Shown: positions 18,940-27,845 of the stretch, in pieces | How the letters are laid out: each line of letters opens with the position of its first letter | Numbering within the stretch: the first letter of the stretch is position 1 | Assembly: GCA_963828255.1 (NCBI GenBank) | Contig: CAWHDZ010000033.1 | Location: 1-43,585, forward strand | DNA length: 43,585 nt | Direction: 5' to 3' | Source: an uncultured delta proteobacterium | GTDB lineage: Bacteria > Myxococcota > Myxococcia > Myxococcales > Anaeromyxobacteraceae | Made by a program: the position numbers and the translations under genes | Notes under the pieces: model-generated | What the model saw: only the letters and a program-made list of their open reading frames with translations | Told to the model about the DNA's origin: nothing | Databases searched by the model: none

Positions 18940-19929
18940 TCACGGCGCGCCCTTCCTTCCGGCCCCGCCCCGGGAGCGCACCGGGGCCTTCCCCCCGACG
19001 GCCGCCTCCAGCCTCGGCTCGGCGCCCGCGCAGGCTTCACGGATGGTAGTGGCCAGGCGCCGCAGGGCCGGACCGAGGGGGGAGCGCGGCCGCCAGACCA
19101 GCGCCAGGGTCCGGCGGGGAGACGGGCTCGCGATCCTCCGCACGGCGAGCTCGGAGCGCCGGTTCTCCACCGGCAGGGAGAGGCGCGGGAGCAGCGTGAT
19201 CCCCGCGCCCCCGGCCACCATCTGGGCCAGCGTGGCCAGGCTGGTGGCGCGGAAGTCGAGCTCCCGCCCCCGCGCCGACGCGCAGTAGGCGAGCGCCTGA
19301 TCGCGGAAGCAGTGTCCGTCGTCGAGCAGCAGGAAGCCGGCGCCGCGGAGCTCCTGGGGCGTCGCCGGGGAGCTCGACTGGACGAGCGGGTGGCTGGGCG
19401 GGGCCGCGAGCACGAAAGGGTCCTCGCACACGACCTCCTTCTCCACCTCCCCGAGCGGCGCCTCGAGCGCGAGCAGCGCGCCGTCGATCCGCCCCTCCCG
19501 CAGCGCCTCGATCAGGTTCTCGGTCTTGTCCTCGACCCAGACCGCCGAGAGCGCCGGGTGGCGCGCCCGGAGCTCCGGGACGATCTCGGGGAGCAGGTAG
19601 GGCGAGACGGTGGGGATGACGCCGAGCCGCAGCGTGCCCGCCAGCGGGTCGCCCAGTTGCCGGACGCTGTCGGCCAGGTCGTCGGCCTCGAGCAGGAGCC
19701 GCCGCAGCCGGGTGAGCACCGCCTCGCCGGCGGCCGTGATGATGACCTTCCGCGAGGCGCGCTCGAAGAGCCGCACCCCCAGCTGCTCCTCGAGCTGGAT
19801 CACCTGGGCCGAGAGGGAGGGCTGCGACACGTGGCAGCGCTCGGCGGCGCGCCGGAAGGAGCGCAGGTCGGCGACGGCCGCGGCGTACTGGAGCTGCCGC
19901 AAGGTGAAGGGATGGTGGCTGGACCTCAT
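18940..19929 (-). CDS. oxyR: Hydrogen-peroxide-sensing LysR regulator OxyR
   Basis: LRQLQY..SFRRAAERCHVSQPSLS HTH; LLDDGHCFRDQALAYC keeps both redox cysteines; RATSLATLAQMVAGG. Confidence 0.85.
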   Translation of the reverse strand: MRSSHHPFTLRQLQYAAAVADLRSFRRAAERCHVSQPSLSAQVIQLEEQLGVRLFERASRKVIITAAGEAVLTRLRRLLLEADDLADSVRQLGDPLAGTLRLGVIPTVSPYLLPEIVPELRARHPALSAVWVEDKTENLIEALREGRIDGALLALEAPLGEVEKEVVCEDPFVLAAPPSHPLVQSSSPATPQELRGAGFLLLDDGHCFRDQALAYCASARGRELDFRATSLATLAQMVAGGAGITLLPRLSLPVENRRSELAVRRIASPSPRRTLALVWRPRSPLGPALRRLATTIREACAGAEPRLEAAVGGKAPVRSRGGAGRKGAP

Positions 19930-19956
19930 GATAGCCACAGCCTATCATCCCCACCG

Positions 19957-20973
19957 TTGCGTTCCGTCCTGGTCATCCGCTACAGCGCGCTCGGCGACGT
20001 GGTCCTGGCCACCTCGGTGCTCGAGCCCCTGCGGGCGCGCTTTCCCGGGGCCCGCATCGAATGGGTGACCTCGCCGGCCTACGCTCCCCTCCTCGAGGGG
20101 CTCCCGGACGTGGAGCGGGTCCACCGGATCGGCCGTGGCGGAATCCGCGAGGCCGTGGACCTCGCGGTCACGCTGCGGGGGCGCTTCGACCTCGCCATCG
20201 ACCTCCAGAACAAGGTGAAGAGCGCGGTGGTGGCCCGGGCCGCGGGGCGAAGGCAGCTGGTCTTCCGGCGCCGGACGCCCCGCCAGGCCGCGCTGGCGCT
20301 CCTCGGCGTGGACCCGCCGGTGCACGGGCCGCACGCCACCGAGATCTACGCCGAGGTGCTGCGGCCGCTGGGAATCGACCGGGCCGGACCGACCCAGGTG
20401 GCGCTCTCGGGCACGGCCCGCGACGCCGCCGCCGCGGCGCTCGCCTCGGCCCCCCGTCCCCGGGTGGCCTTCGCGCCCGGGGCGAGCCGCGCCACCAAGC
20501 TCTGGCCCGCCGAGCGCTTCGCCGAGGTCGCCGAAGCGCTGTCGGCCGCGGGGGCGAGCGTCATCCTGGCCGGTGGGCCGGGCGACGCCGAGGCGCTGGC
20601 CCGCTTCCGCGCCGCGCTGCACGCCCCGGTTGCCGGCGACCTCACCCGCCTGCCGGTGGAGGGGCTGGCTGCCGGGCTCGCCGCGGTGGACCTGCTCGTC
20701 TCCTGCGACTCCGGGCCGGTCCACCTGGCCGGGGCGGTCGAGACCCCGGTGCTGGCCGTCTTCGGCCCCACCTCGCCGGATCGCTGGGGGCCAAAGCCTC
20801 CCGGACGGGCCGTGCGCTTCCCGATCGACTGCGCGCCCTGCTCCAACCACGGCGGGGACCGGTGCCCCGAGGGGCACCACCGCTGCATGACCGAGCTGAC
20901 CGCCGCCGCGGTGATCGCCGAGGCGCGGGCCCTGCTCGCGACGGCGGCCTCCACCGGTCCGGGCGCGGGGTAG
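19957..20973 (+). CDS. GT9 LPS heptosyltransferase (WaaF/WaaC-like)
   Basis: IRYSALGDVV, PGASRATKLWP, CDSGPVHLA, FGPT; TTG start at 19957. Confidence 0.9.
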   Translation: MRSVLVIRYSALGDVVLATSVLEPLRARFPGARIEWVTSPAYAPLLEGLPDVERVHRIGRGGIREAVDLAVTLRGRFDLAIDLQNKVKSAVVARAAGRRQLVFRRRTPRQAALALLGVDPPVHGPHATEIYAEVLRPLGIDRAGPTQVALSGTARDAAAAALASAPRPRVAFAPGASRATKLWPAERFAEVAEALSAAGASVILAGGPGDAEALARFRAALHAPVAGDLTRLPVEGLAAGLAAVDLLVSCDSGPVHLAGAVETPVLAVFGPTSPDRWGPKPPGRAVRFPIDCAPCSNHGGDRCPEGHHRCMTELTAAAVIAEARALLATAASTGPGAG

Positions 20974-20987
20974 CCGGCGTCGCTGCT

Positions 20988-22178
20988 TTACCCCGCCGAA
21001 CGCACCGCCGCGGCCAGCTTCGCCGCCCGCTCGGCCAGCTGCTCCGCTGTCCAGGAGAGCGCGATGGGGGTCGAGATGGCCCGGGACATGACCGCGTCGG
21101 AAGCCGGGAACGGACGGCTGGCCAGCCTGCCGAGGGCCTCGCGGACGCTCGCGGGAAGCGGCGAGAAGGACGACGCGGTCTTGAGATGATCCCAGCGGCG
21201 CAGGTAGTGCCAGTTGTTGTCGTACCAGTACATGGCCGGGATGCCGGCGCCCTGCATGGCCTTGGCGGCGGCGCGGGCCCGCGCCTCGTCGGGGAGGAAG
21301 AAGGAGAGGAAGGACGCGCTGTCGCCGTCCGGGTCGGGGATGCGGCGGAAGGTCACGCCGGGGACGGCGGAGAGCGCCTCGCGCAGCGCCCGCTTGTTCA
21401 TCCGCTGGATGGCGAGGAACCGGTCGAGCTTGCGGATCTGGGCCAGCCCCACCGCCGCGTGCAGCTCGGAGATGCGGAAGTTGTAGCCCAGCGCCGGGTG
21501 CAGATCGGCGCCGCGGTCCACGCCCAGGTGGTCGTGCCCGTGGTCGGCGTACTGGTCGCAGCGGCGGGCCACCTCGGCGTCGGAGGTGACGATGGCGCCC
21601 CCTTCACCGCAGGTGATGGTCTTGACGAAGTCGAAGGAGAAGCACCCGGCCTTGCCCACCGTTCCGAGCGCCCTTCCCTGCCAGGTCCCGCCGGTGGCCT
21701 GGCAGGCGTCCTCCAGCAGAACGAGCCCCGTCTCGCGGCAGAGGTCGTCGAGCGCGCCCAGGTCGGCCATGGATCCGCACATGTGCACCGGCATGATGGC
21801 CCGGGTGCGCGGCGTCACCGCGGCGCGGGCCGCGGCCGGCGAGAGGGTGAGCGTGTCGTCCACGTCGGCCAGCACCGGCGTGGCCCCCACCGAGAGGACG
21901 GCCTCGAAGCTGGCCACGAAGGTGAAGGTGGGCATGACCACCTCGTCGCCCGCGCCCACCCCGAGCGCGGCCAGCGCCGTGGTCAGGGCCGCCGTGCCGG
22001 AGGAGACCAGCTGCGCGTGGGCCGCCCCGGTCCGCTGGCAGAGCGCGGCCTCGAGCTCGCGGGCCTTCCACCGGCCCTTGCGCGGTCCGTCGAATCCGTA
22101 GCGCATGAGGATGCCGGTCTCCAGCACCTCCTCCACCTCGCGCCGCTCCTCGGCGCCCCACATCTCGTAGCCGGGCAT
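20988..22178 (-). CDS. kdnA: 8-amino-Kdo transaminase KdnA (DegT/DnrJ/EryC1/StrS family)
   Basis: MPGYEMWG, SSGTAAL, VHMCGSMA, SFDFVKTITCGEGG, DHGHDH..DRGA, YWYDNNWHY closely match my recollection of Shewanella KdnA; adjacent to kdnB and kdsB. Confidence 0.85.
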   Translation of the reverse strand: MPGYEMWGAEERREVEEVLETGILMRYGFDGPRKGRWKARELEAALCQRTGAAHAQLVSSGTAALTTALAALGVGAGDEVVMPTFTFVASFEAVLSVGATPVLADVDDTLTLSPAAARAAVTPRTRAIMPVHMCGSMADLGALDDLCRETGLVLLEDACQATGGTWQGRALGTVGKAGCFSFDFVKTITCGEGGAIVTSDAEVARRCDQYADHGHDHLGVDRGADLHPALGYNFRISELHAAVGLAQIRKLDRFLAIQRMNKRALREALSAVPGVTFRRIPDPDGDSASFLSFFLPDEARARAAAKAMQGAGIPAMYWYDNNWHYLRRWDHLKTASSFSPLPASVREALGRLASRPFPASDAVMSRAISTPIALSWTAEQLAERAAKLAAAVRSAG

Positions 22179-22187
22179 GAAAGGCTC

Positions 22188-23261
22188 CTACATCCGCTGG
22201 TAGAGCGCGCGCAGCCGCTCCGGGGGCATCTGGCGCTTCCAGTCGTCGCCCAGCACGTTCTGCCAGAGCGGCGCCATGCCCAGGGACACCTCGATCATCT
22301 TGTCGAGCTTCGGGGGCGGCAGGTCGGCCACCACGCTGCGGGGGACCTCCACCCCGGCCTTCTCGACCATCCTGCGGAAGTCGCGAACGCCCTCCGGGTA
22401 GAACTCCTCGAGGACCTGCATGGCGATGGCGTTGCCCTCGCCGTGGTGCGTTCCCAGGACGTAGCCCAGGCCGTAGCTCATGGCGTGCGCCGCGCCCACC
22501 TGCGAGTAGGCAATGGACATCCCGCCCATCCAGGAGGCCATCATGAGCTTCTCGTCCGAGTCGCCGTCCCAGCGGTCCTTCTCGAGGAAGACCTCCCGGC
22601 ACAGTTCGAGGGACTTCTCGGCGTGGGCGCGGGCGAAGGCGTTCATGGCCCGTCCCTGCAGCGATTCCACGTTGTGGATGTAGCAGTCCATCCCGGTGAA
22701 GAAGCGCTGCCGCTCCGGCACACCCTCGAGCAGGTCGGGGTCGAGCAGCACCTGGTCGAACGGGGTGTAGTCGGAGTTCAGGCCGAGCTTCTTGGTGGGC
22801 CCGATGAGCACCGCGGTGCGGGAGACCTCGGCCCCGGTTCCCGACAGCGTGGGCACGCCGGCCTTGTAGACGCCGGGGACCTGCACCAGGTCCCAGCCCT
22901 GGTAGTCCTGCGACGAGCCGGGGTTGGTGAGCATGAGCGCCACCGCCTTGGCGAGGTCCATGGTGGAGCCGCCGCCGATGCCCACGAGCCCGGAGACCTT
23001 GCCCAGCTCGACGCGGATGCGGTCGCGCAGCGAGTCCACGTCGCCGGTCTTGGGCTCGTGGGTGGTGTCCACGAAGTAGATCCGGTCGCGACCCCGCACC
23101 GGCACCCGCGTCACCAGCTCGGGGCGGGCCTGGAAGACGTGGTCCACCAGGAAGACCATGGGAGCCGACCCCTGCCGGTTGTCGGCGAGCATGGCGTCGA
23201 GCTGCCCCAGGGCGCCGCGACCGAAGGTCACCTGCCCCACCTGCTTCAGGTTCTTGTGCAC
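22188..23261 (-). CDS. kdnB: Kdo 8-oxidase KdnB (iron-containing alcohol dehydrogenase family)
   Basis: GGGSTMDLAKA, YQGWDL, PTLSGTGAE, KLGLNSDYT, TGMDCYIH, GGMSIAYSQVG, HHG; GTG start with GGAGAGG RBS. Confidence 0.85.
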   Translation of the reverse strand: MHKNLKQVGQVTFGRGALGQLDAMLADNRQGSAPMVFLVDHVFQARPELVTRVPVRGRDRIYFVDTTHEPKTGDVDSLRDRIRVELGKVSGLVGIGGGSTMDLAKAVALMLTNPGSSQDYQGWDLVQVPGVYKAGVPTLSGTGAEVSRTAVLIGPTKKLGLNSDYTPFDQVLLDPDLLEGVPERQRFFTGMDCYIHNVESLQGRAMNAFARAHAEKSLELCREVFLEKDRWDGDSDEKLMMASWMGGMSIAYSQVGAAHAMSYGLGYVLGTHHGEGNAIAMQVLEEFYPEGVRDFRRMVEKAGVEVPRSVVADLPPPKLDKMIEVSLGMAPLWQNVLGDDWKRQMPPERLRALYQRM

Positions 23262-23272
23262 GATCCTCTCCC

Positions 23273-24013
23273 TCAGGGATTCTCTCCGGCCAGCAGCCGC
23301 TCGGCGCGGCGCAGGTCCTCCGGCGTGTCGATCTCCACGCCCATGTAGTCGGTGGCCACCATCCGCATGCGGATCCCGTGCTCCAGGAAGCGCAGGCACT
23401 CGACCTTCTCGGCCCGCTCCAGCGGCCCGGCCGGAAGCCGCGCGAAGCGGAGCAGCGCGTCGCGGCGGAAGGCGTAGACGCCGATGTGCTCCCAGAAGGT
23501 GGGGCGCACCGACGGGTCGCGCAGGTAGGGGATGGGGGAGCGCGAGAAGAAGAGCGCGTTCATGGCCCCGTCCACGGCCACCTTCACGTAGTTGGGGTCC
23601 TCAACCAGGGCGGGGTCGTGCAGCTCCTGCATGAGCGAGGCGACGCCCACGCCCTCGCCCCCCGGCCCGTCGAAGGCGCCCAGCAGCCGCTCCAGTGGTT
23701 CACGGCGCGTGAATGGCTCGTCCCCCTGGACGTTGAGCACCAGGTCGGCCTCGAGCCCGATGGCGACCTCGGCGATGCGGTCGGTGCCGCTGTCGTGCTG
23801 CCCCAGGGACATGCGGGCCTCCCCGCCGGCGCGCTCCACCTCGGCGCGGATCTCGTCGGCGTCGGTGACCACCAGGACCGCGTCGAAGAGGCCGGTGTCC
23901 CGCACCGCCTCGAAGGTCCGGCGGATGACGGTTTTTCCGCCCAGCGGGGCGAGGAGCTTGCGGGGGAAGCGGGTGGCGCCGAGCCGGGCCGGGATGAGGG
24001 CGATGCGTCGCAC
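23273..24013 (-). CDS. kdsB: CMP-Kdo synthetase
   Basis: IPARLGATRFPRK, SGTDRIAE, NVQGDEP, FSRSPIP, HIGVYAF, EIDTPEDL. Confidence 0.93.
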   Translation of the reverse strand: MRRIALIPARLGATRFPRKLLAPLGGKTVIRRTFEAVRDTGLFDAVLVVTDADEIRAEVERAGGEARMSLGQHDSGTDRIAEVAIGLEADLVLNVQGDEPFTRREPLERLLGAFDGPGGEGVGVASLMQELHDPALVEDPNYVKVAVDGAMNALFFSRSPIPYLRDPSVRPTFWEHIGVYAFRRDALLRFARLPAGPLERAEKVECLRFLEHGIRMRMVATDYMGVEIDTPEDLRRAERLLAGENP

Positions 24014-24089
24014 GTGGGTCCGGATCCTAGCCCAGCGGGGGGTGATTCGCTGGCCGGAATGGGGGTACCGGGGGGTAGGATGGCCCGGC

Positions 24090-24557
24090 TTGGGTCTCGC
24101 CCGGAAACACCTGCTGGACCGTTGCGCCGCCGCGGCGCTGCTCTCCCTGGCCCTCGCCGCCGCGCCGGGCCGCGCGGGCGGGGCGCCCCCTTCACCCGAC
24201 GTCCACGTGCGGGGGGAGCAGGTCATGCGCGGCTTCTGCCTCTCCTGCCACGGCTCTCCCGGCGGGAACCCGGAGGATCCCCTCGGTCCGCGCCTCCGGC
24301 CGGAGGTCTGGGGAGACCCGGAACGGGCCTACCAGAACGTGGGTCGTCTCCAGTCCATCAACCGGCGCATGGACCAGCCCTTCACCGGATCGGAGGCGGA
24401 CCGGCGCGCGCTGGCCGGGTGGCTCGCCTGGCGGGCGCTCGAGAACCGCACGCCGGCCTGGAAGGCGGCGCTGCCCTGGGCCGCGGCGGGAGCGGTGCTC
24501 CTCGCCGCGGTGGTCCTGGTGACCCGGGCGCGTCGCCGCCGCGCGGGCTCCGGCTAG
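24090..24557 (+). CDS. Monoheme c-type cytochrome with signal peptide and C-terminal membrane anchor
   Basis: CLSCH heme-binding motif, hydrophobic N- and C-terminal segments. The TTG start is inferred from an upstream TAGGAT. Confidence 0.7.
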   Translation: MGLARKHLLDRCAAAALLSLALAAAPGRAGGAPPSPDVHVRGEQVMRGFCLSCHGSPGGNPEDPLGPRLRPEVWGDPERAYQNVGRLQSINRRMDQPFTGSEADRRALAGWLAWRALENRTPAWKAALPWAAAGAVLLAAVVLVTRARRRRAGSG

Positions 24558-25342
24558 CCCTTCGGGAGGGCCTCGGCGAAGAAGTCCTCCATCGCCTTCC
24601 AGCTGCGCTTGTCGGCGCTGGCGTTGTAGGCGTTGCCCTTGGAGTTGTCGTTGCCGGCAGCCGGGTTGGTGAAGGAGTGGACCGAGCCGCCGTACTTCAC
24701 GAGCTGCCAGTCCACGCCGTTCGAGCGCATCTCCTGCTCGAACGCGGCCAGGTCGGCAGCGGAGACGAACGGGTCGTCGGCGCCGTGCAGGGCCAGCACC
24801 TTGCCCTTGATGTTCTTCCCGTCGGCCGGCGTGGGGCTGTCGAGCCCGCCGTGGAAGGAGACGATGGCGACCGCCTTCGCGCCGGCCCGCCCCAGCTCGA
24901 TGGCCGTGGTCCCGCCGAAGCAGTAGCCGATGGCGGCGATCCGCCCCTGGTCCACGTTGGGCTGCCGGGCCAGCTCGTCGAACCCGGCCACCACGCGGGA
25001 GCGGAGGAGCGGCCGGTCCTTCTTGTAGGAACCCGCCAGCGGGCCGGCCTCCTTGCCGGTCGCCGGGCGGACGCCCTTGCCGTAGATGTCGGCCGCGAAG
25101 GCGACGTATCCCATTCCGGCGAGCTGCTCGACCTTCTTCGTCGTGGCCGGCGTGACCCCGAGCCAGTCGTGGACCACCAGCACGCCCGGCTTCTTCGCGG
25201 GGCCGGCGGTGTCGTAGGAGAGGATGCCCTCGAGGACGGTCTCCCCCTGCTTGTACTCGACGGTCTTCGTGACGATCTCGGCGCGGGCGGTGGTCACGAG
25301 GAGCCCCAGCGCCGCGGCGACGGCGAATCGGAGTGCGTGCAC
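24554..25342 (-). CDS. Secreted dienelactone hydrolase family protein
   Basis: HDWLG, GYCFGG, FHGGL, HGADDP, HSFTNP; signal peptide ending ARA. Confidence 0.9.
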   Translation of the reverse strand: MHALRFAVAAALGLLVTTARAEIVTKTVEYKQGETVLEGILSYDTAGPAKKPGVLVVHDWLGVTPATTKKVEQLAGMGYVAFAADIYGKGVRPATGKEAGPLAGSYKKDRPLLRSRVVAGFDELARQPNVDQGRIAAIGYCFGGTTAIELGRAGAKAVAIVSFHGGLDSPTPADGKNIKGKVLALHGADDPFVSAADLAAFEQEMRSNGVDWQLVKYGGSVHSFTNPAAGNDNSKGNAYNASADKRSWKAMEDFFAEALPKG

Positions 25343-25454
25343 GTGTTCATCCTTCCTTTCGGATGCGGCGGGGCGACGCGCCCCGGCTGGCCTGCATAAT
25401 CCCGCGGCCGCGGGCCGGCCACGCGGAGTGGCCGGCGCGGTAGACTCCTCCCGC

Positions 25455-26669
25455 TTGGCGCCCGACCCCTTCTCCTCGCTCCGCTTCCCCGAGTACCGGG
25501 CCTTCCTGGGAGCCATGGCGGCGGTCTTCGGGGCCACCCAGATCCAGACCGCCGTGCTCGGCTGGCAGGTCTACGAGATGACCGGCGACCCGCTGGCGCT
25601 GGGGTTCGTTGGGCTCGCCGAGGCCGTGCCCTTCCTCGCGCTCACGCTCGTCGGGGGCTGGGCCGCCGACCGGATCGACCGGCGGCTCATCGCGCTCGTC
25701 AGCCTGGCCGTCATCGCCGCGAGCGGCGCCTGGCTGCTCACGGTGAGCCTCTCCCCGGGGCGCTCCCCCCTCCCCCTCTACGGCGCACAGGCGCTGGCCG
25801 GCCTGGGGCGCTCCTTCTTCCGGCCGGCCTCGGCGTCGCTGGGGACGGAGCTCGTGCCGCGCGAGCAGTACCAGAACGCCGCCTCCTGGCGGTCGTCGAT
25901 CTTCCACTCCACCATGATCGTCGGCCCGGCCCTCGGCGGCGCGCTCATCGCGATCGGCGGCCCGCGCCTCGCCTACGCGGTGGAGATGGGGCTCCTCGGC
26001 GTCGGTCTCGCGGCGCTCCTCGCCGTGGCCGCGCGCCCGAGGCCACCCGTGGCGCCGCGCCATCCGGTCGCCGAGATTGCCGACGGCGTGCGCTTCGTCT
26101 TCCGCGAGCCGCTGCTCCTCGGGCCGCTCAGCCTCGACCTCTTCGCGGTCCTCTTCGGCGGCGCCACCGCGCTCCTGCCCATCTTCGCCCGGGACGTGCT
26201 CCACGTCGGGGAGGTGGGGTTCGGCCTCCTGCGGGCCGCCCCGGCCGTCGGCTCGGTGGCCACCTCGCTGGCGCTGGCCCGGTTCGGGCACTTCCGGCGG
26301 GCCGGCCGGGCCATGCTCCTCTGCGTGGCCCTCTTCGGGATCACCTGGATCGCCTTCGCGCTCTCCCGCAACTACTGGCTGTCGGCGGCCATCCTGGTGG
26401 CCGGCGGGGCGCTCGACGCGGTCTCGGTGGTGCTGCGCAGCACGCTGGTCCAGACCTTCACGCCGCAGGAGATGATGGGGAGGGTGTCGGCGGTGAACAG
26501 CCTCTTCATCGGCTCCTCCAACGAGCTGGGTGCCTTCGAGAGCGGCGTGGCGGCGAAGCTGCTCGGGACCGTGCCGTCGGTGATCTTCGGGGGCGGGATG
26601 ACGCTCCTCACCGTCGGGCTCGTGGCCTGGCGCGCTCCGCGGCTGCGCCGCCTGGGCCGGATCGCGTAG
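25455..26669 (+). CDS. MFS transporter (H+ antiporter/EntS-like family)
   Basis: Multiple transmembrane segments; GGWAADRIDRR, LDLFAVLFGGATALLP, SNELGAFESG. Confidence 0.9.
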   Translation: MAPDPFSSLRFPEYRAFLGAMAAVFGATQIQTAVLGWQVYEMTGDPLALGFVGLAEAVPFLALTLVGGWAADRIDRRLIALVSLAVIAASGAWLLTVSLSPGRSPLPLYGAQALAGLGRSFFRPASASLGTELVPREQYQNAASWRSSIFHSTMIVGPALGGALIAIGGPRLAYAVEMGLLGVGLAALLAVAARPRPPVAPRHPVAEIADGVRFVFREPLLLGPLSLDLFAVLFGGATALLPIFARDVLHVGEVGFGLLRAAPAVGSVATSLALARFGHFRRAGRAMLLCVALFGITWIAFALSRNYWLSAAILVAGGALDAVSVVLRSTLVQTFTPQEMMGRVSAVNSLFIGSSNELGAFESGVAAKLLGTVPSVIFGGGMTLLTVGLVAWRAPRLRRLGRIA

Positions 26670-26678
26670 ATTCGGGGG

Positions 26679-27845
26679 ATGCCCCGGCTTCCCTTCCCGG
26701 TCGAGAGCCGCCTCCCCGGCGTGGGGACGACCATCTTCACGGTCATGTCCCGGCTGGCCGCCGATTGCGGCGCGCTGAACCTCTCGCAGGGCTTCCCCGA
26801 CTTCTCCGCGCCGCCCGAGCTCTTCGACCTGGTCTCGCGCCACATGCACGCAGGGTCGAACCAGTACGCGCCCATGGCCGGCGTGCCCGCACTGCGGGAG
26901 GCCATCTGCGCCCGCTCGGAGGGGCTGTACGGAACCCGCTACGACCCGGAGCACGAGGTCACCGTCACCGCCGGGGGCACGCAGGCCATCTTCACCGCCA
27001 TCACCGCGCTGGTCCGCCCGGGCGACGAGGTGATCGTGCTCGAGCCGGTCTACGACTCCTACGTCCCGGCCGTGGAGCTGGCCGGGGGGCGGGTCCTGCG
27101 CGCCTCGCTCGCGCCTCCCGCCTACCGGCCCGACTGGGATGCCGTCCGGGCGCTCCTGTCCCCGCGCACCCGCATGATCCTGGTGAACAGCCCGCACAAC
27201 CCCACCGGATCGGTGTTCACGCGGGGTGACCTGGACGCGCTGGCCGGGCTGGTCCGCGGGACCGGCATCGTGGTCCTCTCCGACGAGGTCTACGAGCACA
27301 TCGTCTTCGACGGGGCCCGGCACGAGAGCGTGTCGCGCCACCCCGAGCTGGCTCCACGCTCGTTCGTGGTGGGCTCCTTCGGAAAGACCTTCCACGTCAC
27401 CGGCTGGAAGGTGGGGTGGGCGGTGGCCCCCCGTGAGCTCATGGCCGAGTTCCGCAAGGTCCACCAGTTCGTGGTCTTCACCGTGAACACGCCGGTCCAG
27501 ATGGCGCTCGCCGACTTCATGTCGGACTCCCGGCGGTGGCTGGAGCTGCCGGCCTTCTACCAGCGCAAGCGGGACCTCTTCCGCGCCGGGCTTTCGGCCA
27601 CCCCCTTCGAGCCCCTTCCCTGCGCCGGGACCTACTTCCAGCTGGCCAGCACCGTCCGGGTGAGCGACGAGCCGGACACGATCCTGGCCGAGCGGCTCAC
27701 CCGCGCGTTCGGGGTCGCCTCCATCCCGGTCTCGGCCTTCTTCGCGGACGGCCGGCAGGACCGGGTGCTGCGCTTCTGCTTCGCCAAGTCGGACGAGACG
27801 CTGGAGCGGGCCTGCGAACGGCTTGCCCGGGTGCCGGTCACCTGA
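26679..27845 (+). CDS. ybdL: PLP-dependent class I aminotransferase, methionine aminotransferase YbdL-like
   Basis: SRLPGVGTTIFTVMS, NLSQGFPDF, NSPHNPTG, SDEVYEH, SFGKTFHVTGWKVG, RFCFAK. Confidence 0.85.
   Translation: MPRLPFPVESRLPGVGTTIFTVMSRLAADCGALNLSQGFPDFSAPPELFDLVSRHMHAGSNQYAPMAGVPALREAICARSEGLYGTRYDPEHEVTVTAGGTQAIFTAITALVRPGDEVIVLEPVYDSYVPAVELAGGRVLRASLAPPAYRPDWDAVRALLSPRTRMILVNSPHNPTGSVFTRGDLDALAGLVRGTGIVVLSDEVYEHIVFDGARHESVSRHPELAPRSFVVGSFGKTFHVTGWKVGWAVAPRELMAEFRKVHQFVVFTVNTPVQMALADFMSDSRRWLELPAFYQRKRDLFRAGLSATPFEPLPCAGTYFQLASTVRVSDEPDTILAERLTRAFGVASIPVSAFFADGRQDRVLRFCFAKSDETLERACERLARVPVT

Noticed and set aside
20061..23348. Very long alternative-frame and antisense ORFs (e.g. 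1095 aa here; also 3174-5513, 32523-35606, 36163-39033)
   Set aside because: Arg/Gly/Pro/Ala-rich shadow ORFs are expected at this GC content. They overlap clearly identified genes and show no motifs.
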